A stretch of DNA of 64,000 bases. Source: Takakia lepidozioides (taxonomy: Eukaryota; Plantae; Bryophyta). The stretch spans positions 24,924,001-24,988,000 of the forward strand of contig CM060731.1 of the NCBI GenBank assembly GCA_030704615.1, read 5' to 3'. Shown here piece after piece: positions 48,601 to 61,100 of this stretch (its first letter is position 1; each line of letters opens with the position of its first letter). The notes beneath the pieces were generated by a model. That model did not search any database and was not told where the DNA came from. It saw only the letters and a program-made list of their open reading frames with translations. Made by a program: the position numbers and the translations under genes.

Positions 48601-49265
48601 TGATTATACTACAAAGTGGGTGGAAGCTAAAGCTTTGAGGGACAACACAGCCAAGTCCACAGCAAGGTTCCTGTACGAGAACATACTTACACGATTTGGC
48701 TGTCCCTTAGAATTTATCAGTGATCAAGGAAGTCACTTCATGAATGAGACCATTGAGTTGTTGACTAAAGAGTTTATGATTGTGCATAGAAAGAGTACAA
48801 CATATTACCCACAGGGTAATGGGCAGGCAGAGGCTACCAACAAAATACTATGTACTATCTTGGCTAAGATAGTCAATGCAAACAGAACGGATTGGGATAC
48901 AAAGCTGCTGACAGCTTTGTGGTCATACAGGACCTTCATATAAAGTCACCACTAAGTATACACCATTCCAATTAGTTTATGGCATGGAAGCCTTACTTCC
49001 AGTGGAATTCCTGTTACCTACCATGAGAACGGAGTGGGGAAAAAGAATGGAATTGCAAGACTCCATCAAGGTCAGGAAACATGAATTATACCATGTGGAA
49101 GAAGTACGTGCTGATGCAGCTGATAATATGACCAGAATTCAGATGAAGCGAAAGGAACAGTTTGATGAAGGCAAGTTAAAGACTTTTAAGACGGGGGATT
49201 TGGTTCTATGGTTGCAGAAGAAAGGAAAGATTCAAGCTTCTAAGCTTAAATCACCGTGGAAATGA
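45660..49265 (+). pseudogene. pol: Pol of copy B (PR, RT, RH, INT), frameshifted
   Basis: Protease VLIDGGSGVN...LLLGRPWL; RT/RH/INT near-identical to copy A but split over ORFs 45660, 46489, 47550, 48059 and 48984. Confidence 0.93.
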
Positions 49266-49283
49266 CCTTATGTCATACAAAAG

Positions 49284-52200
49284 ATGTATGATAACAACAC
49301 CGCCATGTTACAAACCATTAACAAAGAAATGCTGGGAAGAGTCAATGCAAATAAGTTGAAGGGGTACAGTGGTATCCATGACAAACCCCTGCAGCATGAT
49401 TTGCATATAGAACCGCAAGAGCAGTCACGGGCTGCACCAGTGTTACGAACGGAGTTTGGAACACTTGTCGCTAGTCCCAGCATATATGACCAGGGCGGGC
49501 AAAACAAACGTGACACAGCCTATCACAGCCCATCAAGGCAAAGCACAGCCTATCACAGCCCATCAAGGCGCAACACAGCCTATCACAGCCCATCACGACG
49601 TGACACAGCCTATCACAGCCCAGCAAGGCGCAACATAGCCTATCACAGCCCAGCACGGCGCAACACAGCCTATCACAACCTACCACAGCGTGTCACAGCC
49701 TATCACAGCTTACCACAGTGCATCACAGCCTATCACAGCGTAACACAGTATGACACAGCCTGTCACAGCTCAACACAGCCTACTAAAGTTACACCATCCA
49801 TAGAATCAGTGACAAGTGAACACATAATAACTTCAGGAAAATGGATGACGGAAGAGGAAACGGAAATTACTTTAAAAATAGACACATGGAGGTCAGGGCG
49901 CGACACACAGCAGACAATGAAGTGCAAGAACAGGTGTCAAAAAGAAAGAAGACAAGAACGGCCGTCAAAAGGGATGAAAGCCAGGCCCATTAATGAGTAC
50001 GGAAAAAGGGAAACGGAACGAACGGCAAGTACAGAAAAGCCGAATTCTTGTCACATGTGTGATCCTAGTGGACTATCCAAGAGGGAAAGTCCACTAAAGA
50101 AGATAAAATCTAAAATCCAGTCACAGCGGATACAGCCAATAGAAAACCAGAGAAAGGATCAAGAAAATGGAGGGAAATTGAGCGCAAGAGGCGGCGTCGT
50201 TCTGAGTAACGGGCGTCTCGACAGGACAGGCCATAAATGCTATAACTTGGAAACTATGGAGGAACTAACAGACTATATGCTCGCAATATTACTTACGCAG
50301 TGGCATAGACACGAAAGGACAGAGCAGAGCTTTTCTCTTGAGCGATGCTTGCAAGCCCCGCAGGCTTACAAGAAATTACCCATAGCTTTCTGCGACAACC
50401 ATACGTTTATGCTTTGTGCACTACAGGCATTCCTACAGTTAATACAGCCAAAACAGTTCTGTGAGTCTAAAATGAAGAGAGTGAGAGGAATGGAGGAAAT
50501 CAGGGTGAAGAGCACCACGATTCTGCAGAAACAAACAATTGCTACCCCACAGGCGATACAGATACTGGAGGAGCTGAGATTGCAAGGATTGCAAAGCCCA
50601 GATTGGACACTACACCATAGACAATACATGTTACAATTTTTGCAGAACTTTGAGCCAAGGACAGGAACAACAACGGTGAAGGGAGTTGAATTAATGATTA
50701 CTCCCCTATACCTCCAGCAATTGTTTCGATTACCTGCAGGTCAGGTGCATGTGGAGCAACACAGGGCAAGACTGCAAATAGAGGACTTATTCCAAGAAGG
50801 GAGTTTCTTTAAAACTCAGGGTTATGCTTGTACCAAGGCTGTGTACCCAGGGTTAAAAGAGGTAGGCCAGGTATTGAACGTTCTGATTGCCATGAAACAG
50901 AACCAACAGTATTTGAGCAGATCCTTCACGGAGGAAATACTCAAAGGCCTGAAGGGACGAGAGGTACAATGGGCGGACATAATGTACAACGCACTGGTAG
51001 AGGAGATGAAAAGATTACAAGGTACTACCGCAAAGTCTCCTATAATAGTGTCTGGCCCAATCATTGCTCAAATAATCCTTGATTCTGGCATACTTAATGC
51101 GCAAGAAAGAAAGGAAATGGGAGTGTTTGAGCCAGAAACAACTGCAATGGAAGAGCAAGGCTCTTCACATAGTGAGGGTGGACTAGCAAGGCAACCCGAG
51201 ACTAAGAGGCAGAGACGGGGAAAGACTGTAGTGGCGGATCCACTGGCTTCACGGATTCCGCATGATAATGTTTCCCAAGCTCATGGACAGGAAGGGGCAC
51301 AGCAGCACAGAGAAATGCTATTACTGGAAGCAGGACCTTCAGAGAGGGAGGAGGAAGTTACTTCTGCATCACAACCAGCCACCTCGACTTGTCACAGGTC
51401 ACAAGTTATCCATGCAGCTCAACCAAAATAATTGATTTGGAAAGTGAAGGGTTAGATATTCCAACTACAGAACAGATAGTGGCAGAAATAGAGAAGGGGG
51501 ACCTTCTCTATGAATATTCTGGTCTGGTCAAGGAGACAGAAATCCAGAGGTGCAACAGTTGCCAAGGGAAATCCTGAGGTGCATATAATACACACACCTG
51601 TGTCGGAGGTACCACAGGCGGAAGGTCATGACACTGTAGCCCCGGTGATAATGAAGTAGTTCAGGAAGAAAATCCGGTGGGACAATGGCCTGAATGGTTA
51701 GTGAGACATCACACTGTTGAAGATCAGGAGGAACAGCAGCAACCTCACCATGATGACCCTCAACAGGCAATGCTGATGAGTTCCATAGGCAGGACACCTA
51801 ATTTGTTGGGGACTTATGTCAAATCCCATGTTCCAATTACCCAATTGACAGCCTTGAAAGAGGAACTCAGGAAGGAGTTTGAGGCTCGACTTGCCACTGA
51901 GTGTGCAAACAAGGTCGATGAAGAGGTCACTCTCAAGATGAAGCAGGACTTGGGAAATACAGAAATGGCTTTGCAATTGGCCAAGCAACAATTGAATTGA
52001 GGCAGGCCTTGCGCAAGACCAGTTGCACGAAGCACATAAGCAACAGCTATACCAAATGCAGGTGCAGCATGAAAGCAAGTTGCAAGAACTGAATGCACTA
52101 CATACGGAGTTGCAGACAGTGCATAACAGAATGGCGATACAATGTGCTACATTTACAACTATGCTTGACCAATCAACAAAAGAAATAAACAGTCAAGCGG

Positions 52201-54027
52201 AAAAATGTACGAAGGCAGAAGAAGAGAATGTTGAGCAAATGAAGCTCATTGTCGATATGAAGAATACAATCTGTCGCAATGAAGATACTTTCAAGCAATA
52301 CAGGCAATTGAAGCTGATCAAGAGAAGCACATCGTGGAGTTGCAACAAACCATCATGGCCAATAGAAATGAAATCGCGGTCACTAACAAGGCTTGGAAGG
52401 AAGCCAATAATCTACTTGCTGCTTATGCGCAATTGGTTGAACCTCAGGCAAAGCGCATGGAGGCTTTACAACAGCAGTTGGAATTGTACAAGCTGAGAGA
52501 GGAGCAAACTCTCAGGGGAACCACAAGCAACTTGGTGGATAACAGCCTTATGCAGGTCTGGTTAGCACAAGGACCAGTAGAGGGCAAAGCACCACGGAAG
52601 CTCACCCAAAGCGAGATGAATGAGCTCAGGCTGCAGGTGTCAGAACATTGCCACAACTACTATAGACAATGTCTATAGTAGGATAGCAGAGTTACAAGAG
52701 GATGTAGACGGACTCCAGACTCAAGTCGAAAAACTCACTTCAAACATCGACCAAAGAGTCTATAGCCCTCAGGAACAGCTAATGGCTTCTTATTTACAAG
52801 CCAGAACTTTGGTTTTTCAGTCTTCACAGGAGGTGCAGGACATGCCAATGATACAAGAGCCAGTACCACCACCACCACAACAAGTCACTGTACCAGTAGC
52901 TGAACCTGTGGTTACTACAACCACACCACAGCCACCACAGCCGGAGGTATGGGGCAATGCCGCTTTTAACCCACCTAAAACTCCAGCTGCAAGGGAGTAC
53001 AGTAGGGCTATGATTATGCCCTTCAACCAAATTCCCATCATGTTGGATTTGGCTTGGAAAGAATTTAGTCCTCCGCAGTCATCGCACATTACTACCAAAT
53101 CATGCGTATTTGGCTGCCAGTGGCAACTAGGACTAAAGTTCTTCCGAACAATCGACATATTGAAGATCATCACTTTGCACAATACTGGCACGAGGCAGGT
53201 ACCATGTTGAGGGAATTGATTGCTTTCCAGGTTGTACATGGACTCATTTATACCAAGACCAAGGAGATAGCAAGTATTGTCATGGGGTGCGGGTTATACT
53301 ACGCTGCTTGTTTTCTGGTACGTTACCACATTGAGCAACAAAAGATGCAAACACGCTTTCAAAGTTATTCCAGTGGAGATCATTGGGTATTACCTTCGGT
53401 GCCACCACATCATATGTACCTATATGACCCAAAAGTTATGATGCAAAAGGATTCTCAAATTCGTTCATGGTTTCAAGCAGCCTGCAACCATTTGTCAACA
53501 CAGAAATTCGGCATTGATGACATTTTCTATAAGGGACATGTGGCATGGAAGTACTTGCACGCTGCACCAGTAATTGGTACCCCACCACCCACTCACCTGG
53601 ACAGACAAGGAGCTCAGTGTCTACACACAATTTTGCTGTTCAGCGGTTACACCAAGTTGTAAAATACAAACTTCCAGACATGGTAGGACAGCATTGTATG
53701 CCCCAGATGATTCCACAAAAAGTTCAAAAATTAAAACACCTGAGAGGCGATGAGGATTCTGATACAACTGTTTCTTCACCGAATTCTTTTGACATGGGAG
53801 AAGACTATGCAATTCAGATGGCAGAGAAGAAGCGACGGGGATCTCCTATGCCGGAAAGATTACCTCGATATCAGCCTCCAGAGGGCCTCACTTATCCAGG
53901 TAGTGATCAACCATCTCCGTCAACCAGAGACAGACCTCGGGCTCGTACACACAGTCCGCCACGAAACTCTCAACGTCAAGAAGGTGCTCACTCACAAAGG
54001 TTTGCTAGTCGAAATCATAAACCGTGA
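49284..54027 (+). pseudogene. Extra 3' ORF of copy B, frameshifted (9 repeat units at 49511-49783)
   Basis: Colinear with 29730-34409; open for 715 aa, then several single-base indels. Confidence 0.88.
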
Positions 54028-54056
54028 GGACACGGCTTTTTGAGGGGGAAGGGGTA

Positions 54057-55029
54057 TGTAGAGGACTGTCGGGGACTTAGACACTTATACGGGATCTGTA
54101 GGGTACCCTTAATTTTTGCACAGACTGAGACCAACAGGAGCCTTAGGGGTGACAGCAGCGCACTGTAGAGGGGGATTACACAGTCCGTCACAGCCCACAC
54201 AGCCGTCACAGCCACACACAGCCACACAGCCCTCACAGCCCCAGCCTCACACCCAGCCAACACAGTCCACACACCGACCCACACCGACAGCCCCACAGCC
54301 ACACACAGCAGTCACAGCCCGACACAGCAAACACATTCGCACAGCCAGTCACAGCCCGTCACAGTTTCACACAGCCAGTCACAGCTTGACACAGCTGTCA
54401 CGATCATAGGGAACGAAGAGTAGGACAGGGAACGACTGTGGGGAACAACACCTGCGAAGGGAACATGTTAGTTCACAGACGACGGTTAGTGAGGGAAACG
54501 GTTAGAACCGCGGATAGGAAGATAAAGGGAAAACGGGGAATGAAGGTTTTTTATTTCACAGCATTCGGAGGAGGACTTCTTGGTGATAGAGGAGAGGGGA
54601 TCGGGCAGAGATGAGAACGGAAGTGAAGATAGAGAGATGATGAGTAGATGCTTGATATGCAAGGCTGTAATGATATTGTAGAGTAGATTAGAGACACAAT
54701 GGCTTCGGCCTGATACCTGATAAATCATAATCGGATACTTTTACGATACAATCACACTGTGTAGAGAGATCTGAGTGAAGCTGTGGGATGAATGGATGAG
54801 TTGATGGAATCCAATAGATTGATAAAGCAAACTGATACTTAATTATCAATGGTAAGATAGTAACATGAATACCAAAAGGGAAACAAATAGGAAACACCCC
54901 CATGATACACTAGCTGTAGGTCATGACTGATTGTTCTGCGCGGGCTGAGTACTTAGAGATTTCCAACTCTTCATCTTGGAGTTTCCGCCTCGAATAGCGA
55001 AGGGATGGGTGAGTAAAAGCCGCGCGACA
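54057..55029 (+). repeat. 3' LTR of copy B
   Basis: TGTAGAGG...GCGCGACA after the PPT, followed by TSD GAAGC. Confidence 0.95.
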
Positions 55030-55499
55030 GAAGCTTGGCACGGTGGGCACTCATAACTCCAGAGTATGACTTTCAAGTTGTGCATCGACCGGGTTTTGGT
55101 CAATCGGGATCGGATGGATTGAGTCGCAATCCATTTACGAGCAGCAGATGACACTGGAGCTCGGTGCATGGTGAGACGGACAGGAGATGGGTGGCCAGGA
55201 TGGCTATGCATCTGCCTTTTTTGTGTACTTTGGCATTTCCGTGAGTCCTGTTTTGACCCTCCACACAGGTATGACTGTAGACGGAGTGGTCCTGAGGACC
55301 CTGAGATAGTGATGAGCTAGTGGTACCAGAAGATATACATGGAGATTCGGCTGTGTTGGACTACCATCCTACTGGAGACATGCAGCACTGTGACTACCAA
55401 GGAAGGGATCAGATCCTGCAACGAGCCCAGAGGTTCAATGGGAGGGATACACCTGTCCGAGTATGGGAAGATTGTCGGGGAGGATTGTGCCTCCCCCAC
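55030..55499 (+). mobile_element. Family 2 (DNMT) element continued: RNase H end and linker towards integrase
   Basis: Allowing for indels, it reads [34 protein letters not shown], the direct continuation of ESDKLTG before 41825. Confidence 0.88.
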
Positions 55500-57922
55500 T
55501 GTTAGAGGGCTGCTGGGACTTAGACGCTTTTACGGGTTCTGTGGGTACCCTTAATTTTGCGTACACTAAGACCAACAGGAAGCCTTAGGGGTGGTAGGAG
55601 CAGGCTTTAGGGGGGTTACACGCCAACAGCCCGTCAACAGTCTATCACACAGCCCACACAGCTTCACACAACCAGTCACAGCCCGACACCAACTTTACCC
55701 AGCCTGTCACACGTACATGGGGAACATTTTCATTGACGGGAACGACTGTGTGGGAACGACATCTGCAGAGAGAACGTGTTACCTCAGGGGTGACCGTTAG
55801 TTAGTTAGGTGGTTAGAACAGCTTGCGGATAGATTAGGCAGAGCGGCATCAGGAAGGGTATCACTTCTTGAGGAGGGTGATTTGTTCAGGAGAGGAAGAG
55901 ACGTAACGGAGAGCGGAAACAATGAAGAGGAGATGATGACTTGAATGAGGCTTAGTTCATGCAAGCTGTAAAATTATACAGTAGGGTAGAATAGAGACAC
56001 CATGGCATAGGCATGATACAAGATTAATCTTAATCCGATACTGAATCGATACAAACATACTGTGTAGAGAGACACAAGAGAAGATGTGGAATGAATGCAT
56101 GATTAATTGGAACTTAGTAGATACTGAAGCAATCTGATGCTTCAGTATACACGGTAAGGTAAATTGATAACATGAAGGCAGGAAGGAATACAAATAGGAA
56201 GCACAACCATGATTCATTAGCTACAGGTCATGACTGATTGTTCTGAGCGGGCTGAGTGCTTAGAGATATCCAACTCTTCTATCTTGGAGTTCCCACCTCA
56301 GATAGCGAAGGGATGGGTGAGTAAAAGCCGCTCGACATTTGGCGACCATACTTGGGAACTGGGTCATGAACAACCAGATGTGACAGGCATCTGGTGGGAT
56401 CATGGTGGTTGGAGAATTAAAGAATTTGATGTGTATCAAATTCCCTGTGGAACTGAGAAGGAAAGATTGTCTAAACAATTCTTTCAGAGGTTCTTGGAAT
56501 TGCCAGACGGTTGTAAAGAAAACATTCATAAGAGAGTGCATGATGCTGACCCGGAGTGGGGTCTGGATAAAGGAGTGATAAAGATCAGGTGGCCTGTAGA
56601 GGAAGAGCACATTGCTGGTTTATGTGATAGCATTGCTATCCATTAAGCGAGTAGAATTTGAAGGCTGGGAGGAAAGGAAGGTTAATGTTTATACTCATAT
56701 GCATGAGGAGCTTGTACTGGTAAAGAATTGGATTCCAAAGGATATTCTGTGGATCAAACTCACACCAAGAACAGCTTTTCAGACTTGTTTGCCATATGGT
56801 TATATGGTAATAGAGACTTCTAGTATAGCCAAGGCTGCATTGAAGCTTGAAAGAAACTCAGGCATATACGAGAGATACTACAGAAGAGAGTTTTGGTTAT
56901 TGCCACATTAAAGAAATGAAAGACATGGGACATGAGTGATGAAAGAGAAGCTAGACTCCAGAGATATTCAGCAAAAAGATAAAGCTATCTGAAAGCTAAT
57001 TATCCATATCTTTGGGAGAGAGGAATAGACATAGGGGAATCATCTGGACCTCTCACACCATTAAGATTAGAGAGTACATCACCCATACCAGAAGAACTAG
57101 AGTTGGATGCCACTCATTCTTTTTCTTTGCAAGAAAGATTAAGGGAATTGGTACAAGAAGAAGATCAACCACGAGGTGAAAGATCTGAGGTACATCCCTG
57201 GATAAAAGATTTGACACAAATCTTTGATAAGAGTTGGCATGGAACACCAAAAGCAGGAACTCCAGTTTCTGAAACGGAAGACGAAGAAGGAGGAGAGGAT
57301 GTGGCAGAGCCAACGAAGAGTTCAGACTCTCCAACACCATTGCAATTGAGTTACATGAGTGAAGAAGAAGAAACCCAAGGGCAGAACTTGGAAGATGAAA
57401 ACAGAGAGAAGAAATTGGAAGAGGAAGAATATGAAGAAGTAGACCCAACAGCTGAGGTTGAGACTACAACCAGGACATCCCAACCCGTTGGACCTGGAAC
57501 AAGTGGAGCACTTGGATCACAGGCCAACGAAGGTGTCGGCTCAGGGGGATCAAGCGGGCAACCTGGATCTAGCTCTGGGGGGACAGGGAGTGTGGGAAGT
57601 AGTGCAATTGGAGCTGGGAATACTGTGAATATAGTGGGGCCAGTAGCAGGGAGTGCTCAGGGGCCAGCACTTGGTGGAATTTCCACCACAACTACAACAG
57701 GTTCTCAAGGACCAGCACTAGCAAGGGGGCCAGTACCTGTCAGTAGGGAGGGGGTAGGGCCACAGATGGCGTTACAACCAACACGGGCAAAACCACCTTT
57801 TCCAATATATTCAGGAAAAGGGGATCCTGATGTACACATTAGCCAATTTGAGCACATGTGTATTGTGAACAATGAGAATGGCGATGATGCCAACATGAGA
57901 CTGTTTCCTTGTTCACTTATAA
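55500..57922 (+). mobile_element. Family 1 copy C, 5' part: diverged LTR (55500-56337), PBS (56340), 5' ORF, partial gag
   Basis: TGTTAGAGGG...GCTCGACA then TGGCGACCATA. The internal region matches 42763-44358 and stops at LFPCSLI. Confidence 0.92.
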
Positions 57923-58144
57923 AGGGGGGCTGCTATTTCATGAGCGGCATGAGCATGAGCGGAAAAAAAAAAGCATGAGCAGACCATTGTGAGTCCACGG
58001 AAATAGGGTTAGGAGGCACGGAAATAGGGTCATGTGAAGTTGGAATGTGGCACCAGTGGACTTAAAATGCAACATTTTATTGCAAATTTTGTGGCAAGCC
58101 ACGTCTATACAAGTGTGTTCTAACTGTCATAGCCGGAATGGGCA

Positions 58145-61100
58145 CTACTCTCCTACACCCTCCGAGGAACTTGCCCCACCTTCTTCCTCATCCCCCTCAT
58201 CCCCCTCATCCTCCGAGCTCTGTGATGCATCAGTTCCACTATGCCTCTCAAAAATCCCGTCCTCTCCTTGGGGGACTGTCCACCTCACCTCCTGGGAATC
58301 TTCTGCGTCTTCTCCCCCACTTTCCTCAGCAGAATCCAACACAAATCTACGAGCCCGACGGGCTCTAATAGCTGCTGCCTCCTCCCTCATCTTCATTTTC
58401 TTGAGGCTTGCCTCGTCTAAAATCTGCTGTACACGACTACGTTCGGAACACCTCCTAATGGACACCGAAGCAAGCCGGGCAGCATAAGTAGGCAGGATGT
58501 ACTCCCTTTCTGGACTAGGCATGAAATCTCCCCTGGCAAAAAAAGGCACGTTCCTCCTGCCCATGAACTCCGGTGTAGACGTCCCTCCGGCAGTACTTGG
58601 CATCCTACAGTAAGAACAAATCCACTTGAAGAATGTCAATACCAGCACAACCAGAAAGGGTTTTCAATGAAATAAGAGAGCGGAGGGAGGTGCCTCACAA
58701 AATCTGGAGGCAACTTACAATGCCACCACTCACTCGTAAACCGGGGGCTCCTCGGCCTCGATCCCAACTTCCTCCCCCTGCTCCTTCTCGGATTTTTCCT
58801 CATCCTCCGAGGATGCCTCTTCCTCTTTCGGCAGACGTTCAGCCGCTGCAAGTTCCGAGTTGTGGAGGGCAGTATCTGGCTCGAAGGCGAACACATGCCT
58901 GTCGGACAACGTCCCTGCCCACATTGAAGCACCTGAGGAACAAAGCGGGCGGTTAATAGCTTGCGGCATGCAATTGCAATGGGGCCAGGGGACAAACTGA
59001 GCACGTGAAGGCTTACCCGTGCCGCATGTGAGGTCCAGAATCCGCCCTTGGACATCCGAGCACGTCTCCATGAGGGTTTGGATGAAAGCAGGGCTCGGGT
59101 CCGGCTGTACCGCCACGGTTTGCCTGTCTTTGTGTCCTTCGGCATACTAGAGTGGGGCACATAGTTGTAGAGGACATCGTAGGTTACAGGGTCCACAGCG
59201 GCATCAACAAGACGACCGTCGTTGCGGAATTTGAACGTAGACCCTCTCTTCACAAAGCAATATGCCTCAAACACCAATGTCTGCACATCCAACAAAGAAG
59301 GGATCAATTCCAGGGTCTACTTAACATACACCACAATATGAAGTGAATGCAATAGATTGATAACTTACACTTTGGCCCTCTGTTCGCAACCCCTGCGTAC
59401 TGATGCAGAACCATTTTCTGAGGAGGACCGGGGTGACACTTTTCGGTGTCCACCTTGCCACCGCATTCTCTGTGGTCTTCCCTCTCGTGGCAAGGACAAC
59501 CACACATCCACCGTCATCCAGAAGCATCCCCGCCAGCCCAAACCCGGCTTTCCAGTAGTCCTCAGTAAACCTGTTCCAGGTGGGCACACCATCCAGGCCC
59601 TCCAGCAGCTCCCCATCTGGAATGTCGAGGAGAATCATGTCGCAAGCTCTCTCCACCTCAACCCCCCCCGAGTGCTCTTGCAATTCGTGCTCACAGCCGT
59701 GAAGAATTCCATCATGGCTTCAAAACCAGGGGTGTCTTTAGGCTCTGTACCGGCAGCCCTCTTCTTGGCTTTTCCCTTCTGCTCCGCCAGAGACTTGTTG
59801 TGTGCCACCTTCTTCGCCCTGGCAGCGAGAGCGTCAAGGAAGCTCTCATTGACGCATTGGATGATGGTTGGAGGTTCTAGCTTTGGCCTGTGCGTAAACG
59901 TCACCGCCGAATACCGCCGTGTAGGCTCGCCCTCAAATGCCAACTTCTTGGCAGAGCCAGTCCCACTCCGAACTGACTTGGGAACCCGGACGACCGGTGA
60001 CTGGGTAGGAGCAACAGCAGTCGCAGGACCTTGAACAAAATCGGCGTCGGAGTCACTCTCTTGGGTCCCCTCCTGCGCCTCCTCCGATGCCCCGATGGTT
60101 TTCTTCTTTTTGGGTGTTACTGCAGTCACCTGTTTCCTTGTCCTTTTCCTTTGACCTTTACTCTTCTCATGCAATTTCTCTTGAATTCCTGCCTGAGCAA
60201 GCTCTGCCGCTTTCCTGGAGTTCGCAAGCGCTTTTGCCTCTTTTGCACCCAACGGAGGCAGCGGAGCCCGGTTTCGTCGGAATTCAGCATCCAGCTTCAA
60301 TTGAAACTCGGATGGGTCGAGCGAGCCGGGCGGAAGGTCCACATACCAAGGGCAATCACGCAAATGTTCCAGATGCCACTCCTTCACAATATCGTCAGTG
60401 TACATGGAGTCAGCCCCAGGGTTCCTCCATGCCAGGAAGAATGGTGGCTCGAAAGACAGATGACCTTTCTCCAAAAGCGAGAACTTACAGTACCTGCATT
60501 CATGAAAAACCCAATGAGGTCCGAAAATGGCTAACTCCCTGAACGGCAATAGGGCCTACAACTGGAATATGGCGCCGAATTTCCACTTCAGGGCCACCCA
60601 GTGTAGGGACTTAGCCCGAAAATGGCTAAGTCCCTGGACGGCAATACGGCCTGGAACTGGAAAACGGCGCCGAATTTCCACTTCCGGGCCAGCCACCCTA
60701 GGGACTTACACAAAAAATGGCTAAGTCCCTGGACGGCAATAGGGCCTAGAACTGGAATACGGCGCCGAATTTCCAGTTCCGGGCCAGCCACCCTAGGGAC
60801 TTAGACCGAAAATGGCTAAGTCCCTGGACGGCAATAGGGCCTGGAACTGGAATATGGCGCCGAATTTCCACTTCAGGGCCAGCCAGTCTAGGGACTTAGG
60901 CCCGAAAATGGCTAAGTCCCTGGACGGCAATAGGGCCTAGAACTGGAATACGGCGCCGAATTTCCAGTTCCGGGCCAGCCACCCTAGGGACTTAGACCGA
61001 AAATGGCTAAGTCCCTGGACGGCAATAGGGCCTGGAACTGGAATATGGCGCCGAATTTCCACTTCAGGGCCAGCCAGTCTAGGGACTTAGCCCGAAAATG

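Larger units (their letters stand above)
41825..55029 (+). mobile_element. Full-length (13.2 kb) Ty3/Gypsy LTR retrotransposon, family 1, copy B (non-chromoviral type)
   Basis: Paired TG...CA LTRs; 5-bp TSD GAAGC at 41820-41824 and 55030-55034; PBS; PPT at 54042-54054; gag-PR-RT-RH-INT order; no chromodomain seen. Confidence 0.97.
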
